From positions 1-54,134 of the forward strand of contig JAEOTQ010000189.1 in NCBI GenBank assembly GCA_016839785.1: DNA of 54,134 nucleotides. Direction: 5' to 3'. The notes under the pieces were generated by a model that had not been told where the DNA came from, did no database searches, and worked only from the letters and a program-made list of their open reading frames with translations. Origin of the DNA: Candidatus Hodarchaeota archaeon. GTDB taxonomy: Archaea; Asgardarchaeota; Heimdallarchaeia; Hodarchaeales; Hodarchaeaceae. The position numbers and the translations under genes were made by a program. Positions 49,868 to 54,134 of this stretch are shown piece by piece (within the stretch, counting starts at the first letter, position 1; each line of letters begins with the position of its first letter).

Positions 49868-51352
49868 TTGATGAAAAGAGGCCTCAAGTTGAACAAGAAA
49901 ACAAAAGTGCTCATCAGTCTTCTCGTTTTGCAGATTCTGCAGATAAATACGGGTGCTAATACGGGCGATAATGCTTCTATTGTCAAATTCTCTGAAAATA
50001 GATTATTATCAAGTAGTGATTTCCCTTATACCCATCATGTGGAGCCAACAATTGCTATTAGTGGTAATGGGACAATATTCACTGGGTGGAAAGAGGCTTA
50101 CACCCACAATGGAGGAGGAGTTAGAGTAAGTTTCTCCAAGTCAGTTGATAATGGACTTTCTTGGTCTGATCCATTTAATATGCCTAATTTTATTTCAGAT
50201 ACTGGTCAATCTGACCCATGGTTAGTATGGTACGAAGAAACTGAAAGTTTGTATTATGCGTATCTGGAATTTTCACTAAATTCTCCCCTTGGGGAAGGCC
50301 TTTCGCAAATAACTGTCGCAAAAAGTAGTGATTATGGTGAAACATGGACTTTATCAACGGCAACCTATGGAGATGGATTTGCAGATAAGGAAACCATAAC
50401 GGTTAGTAATGATGGAATACTTTATGTAGCATATGATGATATTAATATGACGTCTGGAGCAACTTATGTCCGGTTAACTCGTTCCGATGATGGTGGAAGT
50501 TCATTTGAAGAAATCAAATTAATAACCGATTCTGTAACATATCCCGTAGATCATCTTGCTCCTTATGTTACAACTGATAGTAATAACAGTGTATTTATTG
50601 CTTGGCTATGGTTCACGGATGCTATTTGGGGAGATATTTATGTGACTTCCTCAATGAATCAAGGGCTGAATTTCAAATCCCCAGTTGATATCAACCAAAA
50701 CGATGAAAACAGCACATTTGAAACCTCTCCTGATGGAAGACCAACAAAAGGCTCGATTCCTGTTATTCATTTTGATCAGAATGATAGATTATATATCCTT
50801 TGGGCTGAAAAATTCGAAGTCGATGGTTTATGGGATATTTATTTGCGTTTTTCAGATGATTTTGGATTATCCTGGAGTCAACGCTATCAAGTGAACCCTG
50901 ATACAACTGGGAACCAATGGGAACCAGATATGGATATTGATTCTCAAGGAATATTACATATCACTTATTATGATGATGAAGGAGGTACATCTTTTAAACC
51001 GTTCTACAGGCAAGTAGAGTTCCCTCAGATAGGAGAACCCATATTCAATCCTCCAATTGATATTTCAAATGGAGTAAGTACTGCAAATGTGTTCACTAGA
51101 CCAGTTGATTATTTCACAATCCGAGTAGACTCATATGATACTCCTCATGTTGTCTGGTCAGATGGAAGAAATAGTGAGATGGATATTTATTATGCACATG
51201 GCGTGAAATCTACAGAAACAGAACCTACAACACTGAGTACGACATTAAACATAACTGCTCGTAACACTTCTAGTGGGATGAGTATGCTTACACCATTGGC
51301 AATTGTACTGCTGATTAAAAATAGGAAAAAACGCAAGAGTTTTGAGAAATAA
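49868..51352 (+). CDS. Secreted BNR/Asp-box (sialidase-like beta-propeller) surface protein
   Basis: Repeated S.D.G.(S/T)W boxes (SVDNGLSW, SSDYGETW, SDDGGSSF, SDDFGLSW); Thr-rich linker, TM helix and basic tail. Confidence 0.85.
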   Translation: MMKRGLKLNKKTKVLISLLVLQILQINTGANTGDNASIVKFSENRLLSSSDFPYTHHVEPTIAISGNGTIFTGWKEAYTHNGGGVRVSFSKSVDNGLSWSDPFNMPNFISDTGQSDPWLVWYEETESLYYAYLEFSLNSPLGEGLSQITVAKSSDYGETWTLSTATYGDGFADKETITVSNDGILYVAYDDINMTSGATYVRLTRSDDGGSSFEEIKLITDSVTYPVDHLAPYVTTDSNNSVFIAWLWFTDAIWGDIYVTSSMNQGLNFKSPVDINQNDENSTFETSPDGRPTKGSIPVIHFDQNDRLYILWAEKFEVDGLWDIYLRFSDDFGLSWSQRYQVNPDTTGNQWEPDMDIDSQGILHITYYDDEGGTSFKPFYRQVEFPQIGEPIFNPPIDISNGVSTANVFTRPVDYFTIRVDSYDTPHVVWSDGRNSEMDIYYAHGVKSTETEPTTLSTTLNITARNTSSGMSMLTPLAIVLLIKNRKKRKSFEK

Positions 51353-51355
51353 CCC

Positions 51356-52174
51356 TTATTTCTTTCCTATAACGAATAATTGAGATGCAGGAGCTGAACC
51401 ATATTGCTTGATGCGTGTTTTGATCTTTTCTCCCTCTAATAACAATTTCTTGATTAGGAATCTATTCTCTAAAATGCCGTCATCAAGGCCCTTCTGCAGT
51501 TTTTCCAGATTTTTGTTAACCTCTTTTAATGCAAAGTTAATAATGTTGGGATTTTTTGGATTATCACATTTAAATTTGTCATCACACGTAATACACTTGA
51601 CATAATGAGTAGATTCAAGAATAATTCGATTTTTAAGATTTAATCGTCCTATAAATTGGAGAATTTCTTGTTTTGTCAAAGTTCTGTTATGAGAAATACC
51701 AAACAAGGAATCAACCTTCGCACCCCAGTGATGGCTTAAAATATCTGATTTCTGAGCATCAGTTTGAACCCCATCACGATACATTTCTTGAAGTAATAGG
51801 TACCCATTCGGTTTTAACACGCGATTCATTTCAATTAGCACTTTTTCAATAGAGGCTAAATGATGTAATGAATGGGACATACATACAGTGTCAAATGTCG
51901 AATCATTGAAATAAAGTAATTCAGCGTTCATTTCAATAAATTCAACATGATAATTAGTGAAACGATCGTCATTCCATTCCTTCTTTGAAATATCTATTCC
52001 TATAAAGAAATCATAATCCAACAGCAGGTCTATCAAAGTACGAATGAAACCACCACCTTGGGTTGCAACATCAAGTACCTTTCCACCTGAAATTGATTCT
52101 AAATGGTTTTTAATATCTAAGGCTCCCGAATTTGCCAAATCTTTTGGTAAGTATTCCACTATGGAAAACTCCAA
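51356..52174 (-). CDS. Class I SAM-dependent methyltransferase
   Basis: VLDVATQGG, FNDSTFDTV, SLHH, EMNRVLKPNG; Cys-rich insert CITCDDKFKC. Confidence 0.85.
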   Translation of the reverse strand: MEFSIVEYLPKDLANSGALDIKNHLESISGGKVLDVATQGGGFIRTLIDLLLDYDFFIGIDISKKEWNDDRFTNYHVEFIEMNAELLYFNDSTFDTVCMSHSLHHLASIEKVLIEMNRVLKPNGYLLLQEMYRDGVQTDAQKSDILSHHWGAKVDSLFGISHNRTLTKQEILQFIGRLNLKNRIILESTHYVKCITCDDKFKCDNPKNPNIINFALKEVNKNLEKLQKGLDDGILENRFLIKKLLLEGEKIKTRIKQYGSAPASQLFVIGKK

Positions 52175-52237
52175 CGACTATGAGTTGATACGAAGCTCTT
52201 TGAGAAATTAAGATCTTAAAATCTCTACTATGGTGGC

Positions 52238-52290
52238 AAAAGAAAAAAAAGATGAATCCTTCCAAATTATACTAGCTTCGTTGGAGGATT
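52238..52290 (-). terminator. Hairpin plus U-tract terminator
   Basis: AATCCTTCCAA...TTGGAGGATT inverted repeat, followed by T tracts on the minus strand. Confidence 0.5.
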
Positions 52291-52294
52291 TTCA

Positions 52295-52792
52295 CTAATT
52301 CACAAATAAATCCTTTTTTGAGTTAACATAGGCAATGACGATTCCTCCAATAATAACTGCCATAACAAGACTCATCATCAACATACCTTGGACTGCTGCT
52401 CTTGTTGCTGCTTTATCTATCCTAAATCCATAAGGAACAAAGGTATTATCAATTGTCATTTGGACAATCGTATCTAACATAAAAAACGCCATGAATACTA
52501 CTCCTAGGATGTTTATGCAATATAAAATAATAGCGGCATATCCACTCCATGTCTTCATATTCCAAAGTCCGTACACAACAAAAATTTGGAAAAGCACAAT
52601 AGATAAGCTATAGACTCCTAAAATAGGTGCTAAACTTAGGTTTGCTATTCCATCAGCGGTATTAACTAAGATTCCTAATGCTATTAGGACCGTCAATATG
52701 GTTACACCTGTGGGTCTCCCAGTTTGATGACTAGGACGAGTCGCTGGCTGATAAGTCGTGGTTTGATATGGGGATTTAGTTAATTCTTCCAT
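52295..52792 (-). CDS. Four-TM membrane protein; the N-terminal zinc ribbon appears disrupted
   Basis: RPTGVTIL..L and GLWNMKTW motifs; in-frame upstream CPSC, with an out-of-frame MRFCSN start at 52841. Confidence 0.7.
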   Translation of the reverse strand: MEELTKSPYQTTTYQPATRPSHQTGRPTGVTILTVLIALGILVNTADGIANLSLAPILGVYSLSIVLFQIFVVYGLWNMKTWSGYAAIILYCINILGVVFMAFFMLDTIVQMTIDNTFVPYGFRIDKAATRAAVQGMLMMSLVMAVIIGGIVIAYVNSKKDLFVN

Positions 52793-53040
52793 GGTAGGTA
52801 TCTTTTCATTGCAACTAGGACAAATTTGAACAAAATCTCATTTATTACCCTCATTATGTTGTTTTTGAAAAAAAGAGTTTAATTTGCGATTAGTTGCTTT
52901 ATTTGAGTCTTTTGCGAGTCTCTTGGTTTCTTATATAGTATTTATACTCTTTTTAAAGAAACTTCTAACAATTTCCAAATGTTCTATTGCCAGCAACCAA
53001 ATTTAATAAACGAAAAGTGTTGAATATCCAATGAGTAGAA

Positions 53041-53346
53041 TTGACAAAGGAAGAAATTCAGGAAGACAGAGAATGGAAGATATTGGGTTTCACCGATGAA
53101 ATAAAAAACTTAGTCAACTTGAAATTAATGGAAGATTGCTATAGCTACTGGTTCCGATATAGAAGCATACCTTGGTATAAAAAACGAAGAATTAAAGGAG
53201 TAGACCCAAAGTATTTAATCGAAGAAGCCCTTAAAACTTTACAATTAGAAGTAAACGTGCGTAGAGAAAAGCAAAACAATTATAATTCCTATTATTGGTT
53301 GGTTGAACCTCGACCAAATAGTTCGGATAGAAAATTAGAGAAGTAA
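53041..53346 (+). CDS. Hypothetical protein
   Basis: 101-aa ORF filling the intergenic gap; no recognised motif. Confidence 0.5.
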   Translation: MTKEEIQEDREWKILGFTDEIKNLVNLKLMEDCYSYWFRYRSIPWYKKRRIKGVDPKYLIEEALKTLQLEVNVRREKQNNYNSYYWLVEPRPNSSDRKLEK

Positions 53347-53353
53347 AATTATT

Positions 53354-53896
53354 CTATCCAGGTAAATTTCGGAGGACTTTCTGTACCAAATCGAAAAAAA
53401 TCCTTGGAATTATCTTCCCCCCAAATTTAGCAGATGCTTCATAAAATGCAGATCCTTGGGCTCTTGCATACCGCCTACCATCTTTCTCTGGTACAGTCCT
53501 TCGTCCAGCTAGATCAATTTTATTTCCAATGACTGAGATTATTTTATCTTCCCCCGCAACTCCCCGGTACTCCTTCAACCAACGATCTAGGTCTTTTAAT
53601 GTCTCCGGACGGGTAATATCATAGACTGCAATACACCCTAAAGAGCCTTCAAAATATGTCTTGCGTAAGCTGCCAAATTTTTCTTCTCCTGCGGTATCCA
53701 TCAGCACTATTCTGATTGGTTTAGCATCAACGATGACCCCTCGCTTGACAGTAATATCTACTCCAAGTGTAGGTAAATAGTCCTCAGAAAAAGTATTTTC
53801 CGTATATCTACGGATTAGAGAAGTCTTCCCAACTGAATAAGTGCCTACTGAATTAAGTTTGATGATTATTTCATTTGACAAGATTGACTTCGCCAT
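53354..53896 (-). CDS. Rab-like small GTPase (Ras superfamily)
   Basis: G1 GTYSVGKTS, G2 YLPTLGVD, G3 DTAGEE, G4 NKID, G5 SAK; no C-terminal Cys prenylation motif. Confidence 0.92.
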   Translation of the reverse strand: MAKSILSNEIIIKLNSVGTYSVGKTSLIRRYTENTFSEDYLPTLGVDITVKRGVIVDAKPIRIVLMDTAGEEKFGSLRKTYFEGSLGCIAVYDITRPETLKDLDRWLKEYRGVAGEDKIISVIGNKIDLAGRRTVPEKDGRRYARAQGSAFYEASAKFGGKIIPRIFFDLVQKVLRNLPG

Positions 53897-54134
53897 CCAG
53901 TTACTAGTAATTTCAGTTAAAAGCAATTCGAAAAAAACTATTCTACATCAACCCAATTCATCTTGGAATTCACAATAATTAAGGGCTACAAAATGGCTAT
54001 CGGAGGATTTACTACACTATCTATATAAAATGTGTACTTTCTTTTTCTAAAAAGTCGAAAAACAGTTACAATATAGTGTAATTTATGTGAAATTTGTATT
54101 TACAGACAAGAATTTGTGAAGTGAGGTCACTCAT

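Noticed and set aside
1-54134. CRISPR array, IS element, integrase or prophage
   Set aside because: No regularly spaced direct repeats and no transposase, integrase or viral hallmark ORFs were recognised.

Overview
AT-rich, gene-dense archaeal chromosomal segment, inferred to be from an Asgard archaeon (Heimdallarchaeia-like). The inference rests on a Rab-like small GTPase, a stand-alone longin-like protein, a multi-TPR protein, several PGF-CTERM-like surface proteins, GGTGA ribosome-binding sites and U-tract terminators. The core of the window is anaerobic central metabolism: a four-subunit 2-oxoacid (probably 2-oxoglutarate):ferredoxin oxidoreductase whose D-A-B genes run directly into an HdrA-MvhD fusion, plus aconitase, an isocitrate dehydrogenase-family enzyme and a two-subunit ATP citrate lyase, all within about 25 kb. 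It also carries feoB, an ABC exporter, two MFS transporters, an Lrp/AsnC regulator divergent from an archaeal asparagine synthetase A, a LarA-family protein, two PLP lyases, a DUF134/DUF5320 Gly-Arg-rich cluster and three surface-anchored metallophosphoesterases. Several accessory genes are interrupted by in-frame stops, homopolymer frameshifts or short deletions. I saw no rRNA, tRNA, CRISPR array or mobile element. All family calls come from motif recognition by eye, not from database searches.
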